Source of the DNA: Candidatus Binatia bacterium | GTDB lineage: Bacteria; Desulfobacterota; Binatia; Bin18 | Assembly (NCBI GenBank): GCA_041487975.1 | Contig: JBGPOI010000001.1 | Location: 1 to 41,516 of the forward strand | Reading direction: 5' to 3' | DNA: 41,516 nt | Shown: positions 24,368 to 33,668 of the stretch, piece by piece | Numbering within the stretch: position 1 is the stretch's first letter | Layout of the letters: the number at the start of each line of letters is the position of its first letter | The notes under the pieces: generated by a model | What the model was told of the DNA's origin: nothing | Databases searched by the model: none | Seen by the model: only the letters and a program-made list of their open reading frames with translations | Position numbers and translations under genes: made by a program

Positions 24368-25768
24368 TTACCTGTTCAGGTCCTGCACCAACTCGAATAA
24401 GATCTGCGCGCCGTCGCGCAAACTGGCAAGCGGGATGCGCTCGTTGGTGCCGTGAACGCGACGCCCGTCTTCCTCAGAAAGCGCCAAACCGGTGAAGCCG
24501 TAACTCACGATCCCTTTGCGGCGGAAGTAATGCGAGTCGGTGAAGCCGCCGAGCACCGCCGGCACAACCGGCGCCTGGGGGTCATGCCGTTCGGCGATAC
24601 TGCGAATCGCGCGAAACAGCTCGGTGTCGGCCTCCGAAGCCAGAGGCGGGAAGTTCAGCAGAATAGAAAACCGTACCTCAGGGTCATCCACCACTTTTTC
24701 CAAGCCGGCAACGAACTGTTGCGGATCTTCACCCGGCAGCAGCCGGCAGTCGAGTTGTGCACGCGCATGGGCGGGGATGACGTTGGTTTTGTTGCTTCCC
24801 TCCAGCACCGTCGGGGAGATGGTGTTGCGCACCAGGGCGTTGTAGGTGGGGTTGGCAAGGAACTCTTTCCGAAACACCGGGTCGGTCAGCGCTCGTCCCA
24901 GGTCACGAAAACGCTCAGCCTTGGCCGGTTCTTCTTGTACAGCTAACGCGCTGAAGTAGGATTGCACGGCAGGAACGACTTTGACCTCGGTTTCGTAATG
25001 CAGGATTTTGTCGAGCGCTCGGATCAGGCGAGTGACGGCGGTCTCCGGCAAGGGCCGTGAACCGTGTCCGGCCGGACCGTTGGCTTCAAGCTGAATCCAG
25101 CAAGGTGCTTTCTCGGCGATATCGACATCGTACGACCGCTTGCCGTCATGGATGCGGATCGCACCGCCTTCAGTCAATAGAAATTCGGCATCGGCGATCA
25201 AGTCGAAATGATTCTCGACAAACCAGCCTGCCCCTTGGCGTCCGCCTTCCTCTTCGTCTGCCGTGCCGAGGAAGATGACGTCGCGTTTGAGCGGCGCCCC
25301 CAGACGTTTGAGCAAGACGAAAGCCATGAACTGCGTAGCGGCAACGCCTTTGCAGTCAATGGCGCCACGACCATACACATAGCCATCTTTGATCGTGCCG
25401 GCGAAAGGATCGACTTCCCAATCCGCTTTGACTGCGGGCACGACATCGAGATGGTGCAACAGAATAAAAGGCTTTTTCTCACCGGTGCCTTTGAGCCGGG
25501 CGTACACAACGCCGCGTCCGGGCTGTGACTCGAATACCTGTGCCTCCAGCCCCTCCTGCGCAAGCTGCTGCTTCCAGAAATTGGCGGCAGCGAGTTCGTT
25601 GCCCGGCGGATTGGTCGTGTCGATCTGGAGATAGTGGCTGAGCAGCTCACCGGCTTCTTTTTCGACCGCTACCCAGTCCGGCTCCGCAGGCCAAGCAAGA
25701 GACGCGGCAAAGAAGCAGAACAGCAAGAAGGCAAAGGGCAGAGGAATTTTTTTCAGCAGAGGTCTCAT
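24368..25768 (-). CDS. Secreted M20-family metallopeptidase
   Basis: Motifs LLHHLDVVPA, GRGAIDCKG and GTADEEEGG (M20 metal and catalytic residues). The track start is TTG 25786. ATG 25768 gives a clean signal peptide (MRPLLKKIPLPFAFLLFCFFAASLAWPAEP). Confidence 0.9.
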   Translation of the reverse strand: MRPLLKKIPLPFAFLLFCFFAASLAWPAEPDWVAVEKEAGELLSHYLQIDTTNPPGNELAAANFWKQQLAQEGLEAQVFESQPGRGVVYARLKGTGEKKPFILLHHLDVVPAVKADWEVDPFAGTIKDGYVYGRGAIDCKGVAATQFMAFVLLKRLGAPLKRDVIFLGTADEEEGGRQGAGWFVENHFDLIADAEFLLTEGGAIRIHDGKRSYDVDIAEKAPCWIQLEANGPAGHGSRPLPETAVTRLIRALDKILHYETEVKVVPAVQSYFSALAVQEEPAKAERFRDLGRALTDPVFRKEFLANPTYNALVRNTISPTVLEGSNKTNVIPAHARAQLDCRLLPGEDPQQFVAGLEKVVDDPEVRFSILLNFPPLASEADTELFRAIRSIAERHDPQAPVVPAVLGGFTDSHYFRRKGIVSYGFTGLALSEEDGRRVHGTNERIPLASLRDGAQILFELVQDLNR

Positions 25769-25773
25769 GGGCA

Positions 25774-25881
25774 GGTAGTGGTTCAATTTGATTCCAGTAC
25801 GAGGATTCGCGTTCCAGAAGATGTAGGGGTCCGATTCATCGGACCCGCCAAAGGGCTTGATGAATCAAGCCCCTACAAAAC
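25774..25881. repeat. 108-bp repeat, right copy (IR-R), inverted relative to 22862-22969
   Basis: Contains GTAGGGGTCCGAT..ATCGGACCC ... GGGCTTGAT..ATCAAGCCCCTAC (25823-25876). It begins only 5 nt upstream of the peptidase ATG. Confidence 0.9.
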
Positions 25882-25957
25882 ACCGCCACACAGGAAGCCG
25901 TGTGTCCTGCCGCCCGCATCTTTCTGTGCGCATGGCGCACGCTACTTTTCCCTTGTT

Positions 25958-26857
25958 CTACGAAGCCATGAGCGTCTCGCACTCAGCCCGGCCGATGGTA
26001 TATTGCTCGCCACAGAACTCACAGGTGACGGTCACCTGTCCCTCTGTCACCAGTAAGTCTTCAACCTCCGCCCGTCCCAGCGCGACTAACACGCCCAGCA
26101 CCCGTTCCAGGCTACAGCGACAGGTGAAGCGTAACGGCAGTTCAGCAATCACGGTCGGACCAAAACCATCGAGAACGTGCGTCAAGATCTCTTGGGGAGT
26201 CGCACCCTCGCGCACTAGCTGGCTGACTGGTCTGGCCTGGGCCACATTTGCTTCCAGTTGGGCGATCGTCTCCGTGCTTGCGCCCGGCATCACCTGAACG
26301 ACAAACCCGCCAGCCGCGGCTACGGTCTCGTCAGGTTGCACGAACACCCCGAGGCTCACTGCCGACGGAATCTGCTCTGAATTGAGCAGGTAATGGGCGA
26401 TGTCCGAGCCAATCTCACCCGAGACGATAGGCAGAATGCTGCGGTAGGGCTCTTTGGCCCAGGACTGCGTACGTATCACAGTCAGTGTCCCAGCGCCAAC
26501 CGCGCCGCCGACGTCGAGCTTCCCGCGCCGGATCGGGAGATGCGTGCGTGGATGATAGACAAATCCGCGGACCTCTCCTTGCGCATTTGCGTCCACCAGA
26601 ATGCCGCGCAGCGGACCGTTGCCAAGAAACTGGAGCGAGAGGGTCTCATCCTCCTTGAGCATGGCGCCAAGCAACAACCCGGCAGTGAGAGTCCGCCCCA
26701 GGGCTGCGCTCGCCGTCGGCGCGGTTTGATGACGTGCCCGCGCTTCATCAACCAAACTAGTCGTGACCGCGGTCAAAGCACGAACGGTCTTGTCCGCAGT
26801 CGTGGCTTTTACCAACAAATCGGAGGGCAGCATATGCGGCGCGCTACGCGGGGACAC
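25958..26857 (-). CDS. hslO: Redox-regulated chaperone Hsp33
   Basis: C-terminal zinc centre CRCS...CEFCGEQY and the Hsp33 N-terminal fold. The start is uncertain: GTG 26857 or ATG 26833. Confidence 0.93.
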   Translation of the reverse strand: MSPRSAPHMLPSDLLVKATTADKTVRALTAVTTSLVDEARARHQTAPTASAALGRTLTAGLLLGAMLKEDETLSLQFLGNGPLRGILVDANAQGEVRGFVYHPRTHLPIRRGKLDVGGAVGAGTLTVIRTQSWAKEPYRSILPIVSGEIGSDIAHYLLNSEQIPSAVSLGVFVQPDETVAAAGGFVVQVMPGASTETIAQLEANVAQARPVSQLVREGATPQEILTHVLDGFGPTVIAELPLRFTCRCSLERVLGVLVALGRAEVEDLLVTEGQVTVTCEFCGEQYTIGRAECETLMAS

Positions 26858-28082
26858 GGGGCGTGCGTGAATTCTTCTTCGCAGCGGCTGCCGGGCGATC
26901 CTGCACGGCCCCGTTCAGCGGCACGTATTCAACGATCTCCAACCCGTACCCGGTTAAACTTGCCAGCCGGCGCGGGGGAGAGTTGGTCAATAACCGCATT
27001 TTCCGCAAACCAATATCGCGCAGGATCTGGGCGCCGATGCCATAGTCACGAAAGTCATACACCTGCGTGCCAGGACTCGTGCTCGGCCGACGGGACTCAT
27101 CCAGATGGAGACGCTTGCCAGAGCGACCGACCTCGCGGAACAGTTGCGCTCCCTGCCCCTCCTGACGCAAATAGAGAAGAACCCCCTTGCCTTCGGCAGC
27201 GATCATCTCCATCGCCTGATGGAGGAGGGCACTCGTGTTGCTCTGTGTATAACCGAATACATCACCAGGCAGGTATTCAGCATGTGCACGCACCAGCACT
27301 GGCTCCTCGGGATTGATCGGTCCCTTCACGAGAACCAGATGCTCTTCCTCATCCACATCACTCGTGTAGACATGGGCGGCAAAGTCCCCGCCATAGCGGG
27401 TAGGCAAGCGGGCCTCAGCCACATGATGGACAAGAGAGTCATGACGTAAACGGTACTGGATGAGGTCGGCAATGGTAGCGATCTTGAGTCCGTAGCGGAC
27501 GGAGAACTCTTCGAGGTCTGGTAACCGCGCCATAGTCCCGTCATCCCGCATGATCTCGCAAATGACACCGGCAGGCTTGAACCCGGCCAGGCGCGACAGG
27601 TCTACCGCCCCTTCGGTCTGGCCGGTGCGGACGAGGACACCGCCACGACGCGCCCGCAGGGGAAACACGTGCCCTGGCACCACCATGTCCTCAGGCCGCG
27701 CATCGTCACGGACTGCGGTCAAGATGGTCGTGGACCGGTCCGCGGCTGAGACTCCGTGGGTGACTTGCCGGGCATCAATAGAGACCGTAAAGGCGGTACC
27801 GAGCGGGGCGGTGTTCTTCGATACCATCATCGGCAAGCCCAGCGCATCAATGCGTTCCTCAGCCATTGGCAGGCAGATCAACCCCCGGCCATACATCGCC
27901 ATGAAATTGATGGCCTCCGGGGTGACCTTCTCCGCGGCCATACACAGGTCTCCCTCGTTTTCTCGGTCTTCGTCATCCATGAGGATAATCATGCGGCCGG
28001 CGCGGATTTCCTCAATCGCCTCTTCAGTTGAAACCACGTAAGGGCTCTTACTTACGAGGGTAGGGGGGGGAACGGAAAACAT
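26844..28082 (-). CDS. ribBA: 3,4-dihydroxy-2-butanone-4-phosphate synthase fused to a GTP cyclohydrolase II-like domain (RibBA architecture; cyclohydrolase zinc ligands absent, RibBX-like)
   Basis: The RibB half is intact ([23 protein letters not shown]). The RibA-like half reads [24 protein letters not shown] where functional enzymes have VRVHSECLTGDVFGSxRCDCGxQL. The track start is 28211. ATG 28082 (MFSVPP) is preceded by GGAG. Confidence 0.93.
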   Translation of the reverse strand: MFSVPPPTLVSKSPYVVSTEEAIEEIRAGRMIILMDDEDRENEGDLCMAAEKVTPEAINFMAMYGRGLICLPMAEERIDALGLPMMVSKNTAPLGTAFTVSIDARQVTHGVSAADRSTTILTAVRDDARPEDMVVPGHVFPLRARRGGVLVRTGQTEGAVDLSRLAGFKPAGVICEIMRDDGTMARLPDLEEFSVRYGLKIATIADLIQYRLRHDSLVHHVAEARLPTRYGGDFAAHVYTSDVDEEEHLVLVKGPINPEEPVLVRAHAEYLPGDVFGYTQSNTSALLHQAMEMIAAEGKGVLLYLRQEGQGAQLFREVGRSGKRLHLDESRRPSTSPGTQVYDFRDYGIGAQILRDIGLRKMRLLTNSPPRRLASLTGYGLEIVEYVPLNGAVQDRPAAAAKKNSRTPRVPA

Positions 28083-28328
28083 CGCTCGTGTTTCTCCAAA
28101 TCGCAGGTCAAAGTGTAATGGTGTTATAACCTGCTGCCCCGCGTCCTGTAAAGTAGAGCGAGGAAAAAATTGAGACTTGACCCCTCGCCTCGGGACAGGT
28201 AGATATAACAATCATGCGCTCAGTCTGTAGAGGGGCAGACGGGGTGGCCTCTGGGAGTCAGTCTCTGAGGGGAAGTCGTGAGCAGGATACCCAGGGGAAA
28301 TTTTCCGGGTCCTGCAAGGAGAGGGCTG

Positions 28329-28742
28329 ATGCCAAACGTCACTATCGAAGGGCCGATTGATCTACGGCAGATCGTTATCCGCCGGCCGGAGATGTTCCTC
28401 CGTGACCCGGATGGAATCAAACGTGTCAGCGAATACTACATCAACACGGATTGCAGCAAACTCTTGCTCGAGGCCTTGGTCATTGAGCCTGGGAAAAAAC
28501 AGCAGTTTTTCTTCCAGGTATGCAAAAAACCCGAGGGCGCGGTCGTCCGGCTGGAGCCAATCTGTGAGGCAGAAAAAACACCTGGAGTCAAACGTCTGAT
28601 GGGGCAGGTGGCTTTTGCCATCCGCTCGCTTTTCCCAGGTTCGCGCTATGGCAAGACGAACATTGCCGATTTCCTGCCGGATAACGAAGGCGTGGTGAAT
28701 TCTTCACGTGGCAACGGTAAAAAATTGCGCGCCGTAGCGTAA
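28329..28742 (+). CDS. Hypothetical protein (137 aa)
   Basis: AAGGAGAGG RBS 4 nt before ATG 28329. Coding-like third-position bias. I recognise no motif. Confidence 0.55.
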   Translation: MPNVTIEGPIDLRQIVIRRPEMFLRDPDGIKRVSEYYINTDCSKLLLEALVIEPGKKQQFFFQVCKKPEGAVVRLEPICEAEKTPGVKRLMGQVAFAIRSLFPGSRYGKTNIADFLPDNEGVVNSSRGNGKKLRAVA

Positions 28743-28776
28743 CGGGAAAAAGACGGCTCCCGCTGTCAGCCGTTGC

Positions 28777-28968
28777 CTACTCTTGCTTTTTGCGGGGTCC
28801 CCAGCCTGTATCTACTTTCGGCGGCGGGTGGTCGGTGAGATACACGTCGGCGGTGTTCTGTAGCCAAGCAACGACAGACCCGAGCGTCTCGTCGGCGCAG
28901 CAAGTGAGCCATTGCACACCCGCCGCTCCCACAAGCAGTCCGCAGAGAAAATGGCGGAGTTTCTTCAT
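28777..28968 (-). CDS. Small hypothetical membrane protein (63 aa), doubtful
   Basis: MKKLRHFLCGLLVGAAGVQWL has one hydrophobic helix. It lies 40 nt downstream of the squalene-synthase-family gene. No clear RBS. Confidence 0.25.
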   Translation of the reverse strand: MKKLRHFLCGLLVGAAGVQWLTCCADETLGSVVAWLQNTADVYLTDHPPPKVDTGWGPRKKQE

Positions 28969-29008
28969 GTCCATACTGTGAAACAGTATCGGCACATGAG
29001 CGAAAAAC

Positions 29009-29992
29009 TCAATGCCGGCGCTGAAACGGGAGCCGCCCGCGAGCCCAGGCAAGGAATACGAGACCGATTTTGCCGGCAGTTGCCAGAGTCACCCGAGCAG
29101 CGAACACATTGAAGTGCCGAACCGCCAGCTTATCAAGGAGCCGGCGATAGATGAGGCGCATCGCCTCGGCTGCTGCTAAGGAGCGGCGGTCCTCGGCGGC
29201 CAGATGAGTGACCGCTCGGTTGTAATACTCTCGTGCCCGCGCTGCCTCGAAAGTCATCAAGCGGACAAAGGCAGCATTGTACACGCCAGCGCAAAGTTCT
29301 TGCTCGCTATAGCCGAACCGATCGAGATCTTCTGCGGGGAGATAGATCCGGTCGCGGCGTGCGTCTTCTCGTACATCACGCAGGATATTGGTGAGCTGGA
29401 ACGCCACCCCCAAGTTGACCGCATAATCGCGGGCACCGCAATTGTGATAGCCAAAGATCTCGATGCACACCAGACCGACCAACGAGGCGACGTGGTAGCA
29501 GTAATCGTAGAGTTCGGCGAAAGTGTGGTAGCGCGTCTGGCGTAGATCCATCTCAACGCCGTCGATTATGCCCGCCAGATGTTCCTGGCGGATGGGAAAA
29601 CGCCGCACCACGTCCGTTAAGGCTTGCGAGATGGGGTGATGTGGGTTTCCTTCGTAGCAGCTGCGGAGTTCTTCACGCCAAGTTTGCAGCAAGATCGCTA
29701 GCTTTTCCGTCTTGTTGTCTGTCTGTTTGTGCTCGACCACCCTTTCGGGCTGGTCAGCAATGTCATCCAGAAACCGGCAGAAAGCATACAGCGCGCACAG
29801 GGCATTGTGCCGCTCCGCGGGCAGTAAACGGAAGGCGTGGTAAAAGTTGGAGGAGCTTTTCTGCGTGACCCGACGACAGTAGGCGTACGCGTCGGCCAGC
29901 GTGAAGGACGAAGAAGAAGGAAAAGAGGGAGAGAATTCCAGTCCCCGCCGTGTTGCTTCACCCTGGTTCACGGTTTTCCCCCTTCTCCCCAT
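29009..29992 (-). CDS. Squalene/phytoene synthase family enzyme (HpnD-like presqualene diphosphate synthase or one-step squalene synthase)
   Basis: Asp-rich motifs YAFCRFLDDIAD and NILRDVREDARRDRIYLP, plus N-terminal SSSNFYHAFRLLP. Same strand and operon context as shc. Confidence 0.88.
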   Translation of the reverse strand: MGRRGKTVNQGEATRRGLEFSPSFPSSSSFTLADAYAYCRRVTQKSSSNFYHAFRLLPAERHNALCALYAFCRFLDDIADQPERVVEHKQTDNKTEKLAILLQTWREELRSCYEGNPHHPISQALTDVVRRFPIRQEHLAGIIDGVEMDLRQTRYHTFAELYDYCYHVASLVGLVCIEIFGYHNCGARDYAVNLGVAFQLTNILRDVREDARRDRIYLPAEDLDRFGYSEQELCAGVYNAAFVRLMTFEAARAREYYNRAVTHLAAEDRRSLAAAEAMRLIYRRLLDKLAVRHFNVFAARVTLATAGKIGLVFLAWARGRLPFQRRH

Positions 29993-30004
29993 GCCGCAAA
30001 GGGT

Positions 30005-31186
30005 TCAGGCAGAAGCCGCAGCACGAGGCTGGGTAATACCCAAGGCTTCGCGCACTTGGGTCCGGGCCCAACGATCCGCCTCCAGCAGATCACCGAGGTT
30101 AGTCACAGGCTGTGTATTGTGGGCATCCAGTACGCGCCGATTGAGCGCAGCAATATCGAGAAAGCGAAGCTGGCCGGCGAGGAAGCTTGCCACCGCAACC
30201 TCGTTAGCGGCGTTCAGAACCGTTGGGCACGTGCCGCCGCGCGCGAGCGCTTCGTAGGCGAGCCCGAGACAGGGAAACTTGGCGAAATCCGGCTGGAAAA
30301 AAGTCAGTTGCGCGGTGGCAGCCAAATCAAGGGCAGGTAAGTGAGTCAGCGGCAAGCGATCAGGGTAGGCAAGGATGTAAGAAATGGGGATTGCCATGTC
30401 GGGAATGCCAAGCTGGGCCAGCACGGAACCGTCCACATACTCGACCATCGAGTGGACGACACTTTGGGGGTGGATGATCACCGCTACCTGCTCTGGAGGC
30501 AGGTCGAAAAGCCAGCGGGCCTCGATGACTTCCAGACCCTTGTTCATCAAGGTCGCGGAGTCGATCGTAATCTTGTTCCCCATCTTCCAAGTCGGGTGCT
30601 GGAGTGCTTGCTCGACACTCGCCGTGGCAAGTTCCTCGATCGGGCGGCGCAGGAACGGGCCACCGGAGGCGGTCAGAATGATTCGCTTCACACCTTCGCG
30701 AGCATGCCCCTGCAACGCTTGAAAAATGGCATTATGCTCGCTATCGACTGGCAAGAGGCGTACCCCGTGCTGCTTTGCTTCCCGAGTCATCAGTTCGCCA
30801 GCAATCACCAATGCCTCTTTGTTTGCCAAGGCGATTGTTTTGCCTGCCCGGATCGCCGCTAGAGTGGGCGGCAAGCCAGCCGCGCCCACTAAGGCAGCCA
30901 TGACCATATCCGCCTCAGGGTGGGTCGCAACGGCGAGCAGTCCTTCTGCGCCACAGAGAATCTCTCCGCCAAATCCTGGAAGGTGCGCGCGGAGATCCTT
31001 TGCATCGGCCTCACTGGTGATCGACACAAGTTCCGGCTGAAAGAGGCGGACTTGTTCTTTGAGCTTCTCCAGATTCTTGCCTGCGGCCAGAGCCACCACG
31101 CGAAAACAGTCAGGAAACCGCTCCACAATGGACAAAGTGGTCACTCCGATCGAACCGGTGGCCCCCAAAACAGCCAGCTTCTTCAT
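30005..31186 (-). CDS. dxr: 1-deoxy-D-xylulose-5-phosphate reductoisomerase
   Basis: Motifs MKKLAVLGATGSIG (NADPH site), LLPVDSEHNAIFQ and HPQSVVHSMVEY. I prefer ATG 31186, which forms an ATGA overlap with the yjbQ stop. The track start is 31234. Confidence 0.96.
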   Translation of the reverse strand: MKKLAVLGATGSIGVTTLSIVERFPDCFRVVALAAGKNLEKLKEQVRLFQPELVSITSEADAKDLRAHLPGFGGEILCGAEGLLAVATHPEADMVMAALVGAAGLPPTLAAIRAGKTIALANKEALVIAGELMTREAKQHGVRLLPVDSEHNAIFQALQGHAREGVKRIILTASGGPFLRRPIEELATASVEQALQHPTWKMGNKITIDSATLMNKGLEVIEARWLFDLPPEQVAVIIHPQSVVHSMVEYVDGSVLAQLGIPDMAIPISYILAYPDRLPLTHLPALDLAATAQLTFFQPDFAKFPCLGLAYEALARGGTCPTVLNAANEVAVASFLAGQLRFLDIAALNRRVLDAHNTQPVTNLGDLLEADRWARTQVREALGITQPRAAASA

Positions 31187-31683
31187 TGCATCCCCCCGTT
31201 TGCGGGGAACTGCCGGCTGTCCTTTTTTTTCCATTCAGGCAGCTCGAGCGCAGCCCCCACTCCCATGAACTGCATTCGTAGCGAACGGAGGCGGGGACCG
31301 TCAAGCTCCGCAAAAACTATGCGCTGAAATTGGCCCAACACCAAGCGTCCGTTTTCAACTTGCAGTGCCAGGGAGCCGCCGAGCAAGATCGACCGCAGAT
31401 GCGCAGCCGCGTTCTGCCGATCGCAGTCAGAAAATCGTGGGTCGTTATGTTTGTACCCCGCGCGTTCTTCCACGAGATGGCGGAGAAACGCATCCACATC
31501 GTCCCACAGGGCATCCTGAACCTCGGTGAAAAACATCCCAGTGGTGGTGTGCAGCGTGGAAACTACGCCCATACCGTTCCATACTCCACTCTCAGCGAGG
31601 AATCCCTTCACTTCGTTGGTAAGATCAAAGAGTTGTACTTTCTCAGCAGTCTGAAGTTGTAGCGTCTTGGCTTTAATCAACAC
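31183..31683 (-). CDS. yjbQ: YjbQ/UPF0047 family protein ('secondary thiamine-phosphate synthase')
   Basis: Motifs HTTTGMFFTEVQD and AAAHLRSILLGGSLALQVENGRLVLGQFQRIVFAELDGPR, as in the YjbQ family. AAGGAGA is followed by GTG 31689 or GTG 31683; the second has proper spacing. Confidence 0.85.
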   Translation of the reverse strand: MLIKAKTLQLQTAEKVQLFDLTNEVKGFLAESGVWNGMGVVSTLHTTTGMFFTEVQDALWDDVDAFLRHLVEERAGYKHNDPRFSDCDRQNAAAHLRSILLGGSLALQVENGRLVLGQFQRIVFAELDGPRLRSLRMQFMGVGAALELPEWKKKDSRQFPANGGMQ

Positions 31684-31706
31684 TGTCACTCTCCTTCCCC
31701 CTTTAC

Positions 31707-33668
31707 TCAGCCTTCATCATTCCCCATATGTTCCCTCACGCGTGTGCGGAACTGTCCTAAAGCCATCAGCGGGAAATAGTTCCGGTACCCGTAGTAGCGC
31801 AGGTAAAAATGGCGAGGAAATCCTGTTCCGGTAAACAGCTCCTCAGGCCATGAGCCGACGGTTTCCTGCCGCGCTAGTAAATAAGCGATCCCCCGGAGGA
31901 CCACTGGGCTGATCTCATCTTCCGCGGCGAGCAGCCCGAGCACAGCCCAGGCGGTCTGGGATGGAGTACTCTCTCCTTTCCCTGCTTTGCTCTGATCCCA
32001 ATATGACAGGCAGTCTTCCCCCCAGCCACCGTCTGGGTTTTGCCGTTCTTTGAGCCAGGCCACGGCACGTTGAACGTAAGGACGATCCATATCCTCACCG
32101 ATCGCGCGCAGCCCAACCAAAACCGACCACGTACCATAAATGTAATTGACCCCCCAGCGTCCCCACCAGGAGCCGTCTTGCTCTTGTATCTCGCGCAGAA
32201 AATCAAGCGCTCTACGGGCTCGACGGAAGTCTCGGTCATACCCGAACGTTCCCATCATCTCGAGCAGCCGGCCAGTCAAATCAGCAGTCGGCGGATCAAT
32301 CATCGCCTTCATGTCGCCAAACGGCATCTGGTTCCACACGTCCAGAGTATTGTCAGTATCAAATGCCCCCCAGCCACCGTTACGACTCTGCATACCCAGG
32401 GTCCAATTCAGTCCGCGGGCAATTGCCTGGTCCTTCTTGCGCTCATCCACACTTGTCACGCGCTTGAGGGTGAAAAGGATCACCGCAGAGTCATCTACAT
32501 CCGGGTACCAATCATTAGCGAACTCGAAAGCCCATCCCCCGGGTTCCAATTCGGGGTTCTTAATTTGCCAGTCGCCAGTTTTGAAAATTTGGTTGTCGAT
32601 GATCCAGTTCGCCGCTTTGGTGACCACAGGGTGGTCGGTGGGAAAACTCGAGTCGAGCAGAGCCTTGATCGCCCATATCGTATCCCACAGCGGGGAGACG
32701 CACGGCTGGAAGAACAGGTGTCCACCAGTTTCCATGAGAAAATCTTCGATCGCCTGGATACCTTTTGCGACTGCGGGATGGTCATGCGGATAGCCAAGAC
32801 TACGCAGCGCCATCACCGAGTTGAGCATCGCCGGCTGAATGCCACCCCACCCACCGTTGACGTCTTGGTGGTCCACCACCCACCGTTCGGCTTTGCTCAA
32901 CGCCCGCTTCCGCAAAGGTTTCACTGGGCTTCTCGCCAAAAACTTCAGCAACTTGTCCACGACGATAAAGAAGTTTCCCCAGGAAACGAGTTGGGAAGAA
33001 TAGGGAAAGCTCAGGTCAGATTGTTCAGGCGGATCTTTCCAGAGTTCGGTCACGCCGCAAGAGGCAGGGATAGCAATGGAAGGCCGGTGGGCCAGTATAA
33101 TACTGAGCGGCACCACTGTGCCTCGAGCCCAACTGGACATTTCGTAAATATTAAGAGGGAACCACGCTGGTAGGAGCACAACCTCAACCGGGAGGGCGGG
33201 AACCCCATGCCAGGGAAACTGGCCAAAGTACGCAAGGAATATGCGGGTGAAGACCTGGGCTTTAGCTAGCCCGCCTTGGACTAAAATAAATTCCCGAGCC
33301 TTGACCAAGGCGGGATGATCGGCAGAGTAGCCGGTCAATTTAAGCGCAAAGTAGGCTTCAATAGTAATGCCGAGATGACCCGGCCCCTTGTCGAACAGCG
33401 ACCAGGCACCATCGTCCGCCTGGACCGCCAACAAGTGCTCACAGATACGCTTGTGCTTCTTCTCATCCACCAGGCCCATGAAGTGATTGAAAAAGATGTA
33501 CTCGGCGTCCATGGTGGCGTTCGCCTCGAGGGGATAGTACCAGTAGCCCTCAGGCTTTTGCTCACGACGGAAATACTCCTGAGCCCGCAGGATGGTGCTA
33601 TCCAGGCTGCGGAGAAGTTCGTCATCCCCAGCAGTTATTTTGGCAGGGAACCCCTCTTGTTGTGACAC
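31707..33668 (-). CDS. shc: Squalene-hopene cyclase
   Basis: Catalytic DxDD motif (WYPDVDDSAV) and multiple QW repeats (e.g. MQSRNGGWGAFD, IQEQDGSWWGRWG, RQNPDGGWGE). 653 aa with a GTG start preceded by GGAG. Confidence 0.97.
   Translation of the reverse strand: MSQQEGFPAKITAGDDELLRSLDSTILRAQEYFRREQKPEGYWYYPLEANATMDAEYIFFNHFMGLVDEKKHKRICEHLLAVQADDGAWSLFDKGPGHLGITIEAYFALKLTGYSADHPALVKAREFILVQGGLAKAQVFTRIFLAYFGQFPWHGVPALPVEVVLLPAWFPLNIYEMSSWARGTVVPLSIILAHRPSIAIPASCGVTELWKDPPEQSDLSFPYSSQLVSWGNFFIVVDKLLKFLARSPVKPLRKRALSKAERWVVDHQDVNGGWGGIQPAMLNSVMALRSLGYPHDHPAVAKGIQAIEDFLMETGGHLFFQPCVSPLWDTIWAIKALLDSSFPTDHPVVTKAANWIIDNQIFKTGDWQIKNPELEPGGWAFEFANDWYPDVDDSAVILFTLKRVTSVDERKKDQAIARGLNWTLGMQSRNGGWGAFDTDNTLDVWNQMPFGDMKAMIDPPTADLTGRLLEMMGTFGYDRDFRRARRALDFLREIQEQDGSWWGRWGVNYIYGTWSVLVGLRAIGEDMDRPYVQRAVAWLKERQNPDGGWGEDCLSYWDQSKAGKGESTPSQTAWAVLGLLAAEDEISPVVLRGIAYLLARQETVGSWPEELFTGTGFPRHFYLRYYGYRNYFPLMALGQFRTRVREHMGNDEG

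Noticed and set aside
22473-25957. CRISPR array, or a phase-variable invertible promoter switch, in the repeat-rich pilin region
   Set aside because: The repeats are palindromic, heterogeneous and irregularly spaced, with no constant repeat/spacer periodicity, so this is not a CRISPR array. For an inversion switch, no recombinase gene is present. The promoter and its genes lie inside the same inverted-repeat-bounded segment, so simple inversion would not switch expression off. It is kept only as a structural observation.
25634-26297. ORFs 25634..26056 (+) and 25857..26297 (+)
   Set aside because: They run antisense to the peptidase and hslO genes and through IR-R, and contain the same repeat-encoded GLDESSPYK peptide. 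The opposite-strand genes have clear family motifs.
28083-28328. FMN riboswitch (RFN element) expected upstream of ribBA
   Set aside because: The minus-strand leader has only a GGGGCAG fragment. The conserved GGTGAAATTCCC, CGGCGGTA and AGTCCGGATG segments are absent, and the space after that fragment is too short for the element.
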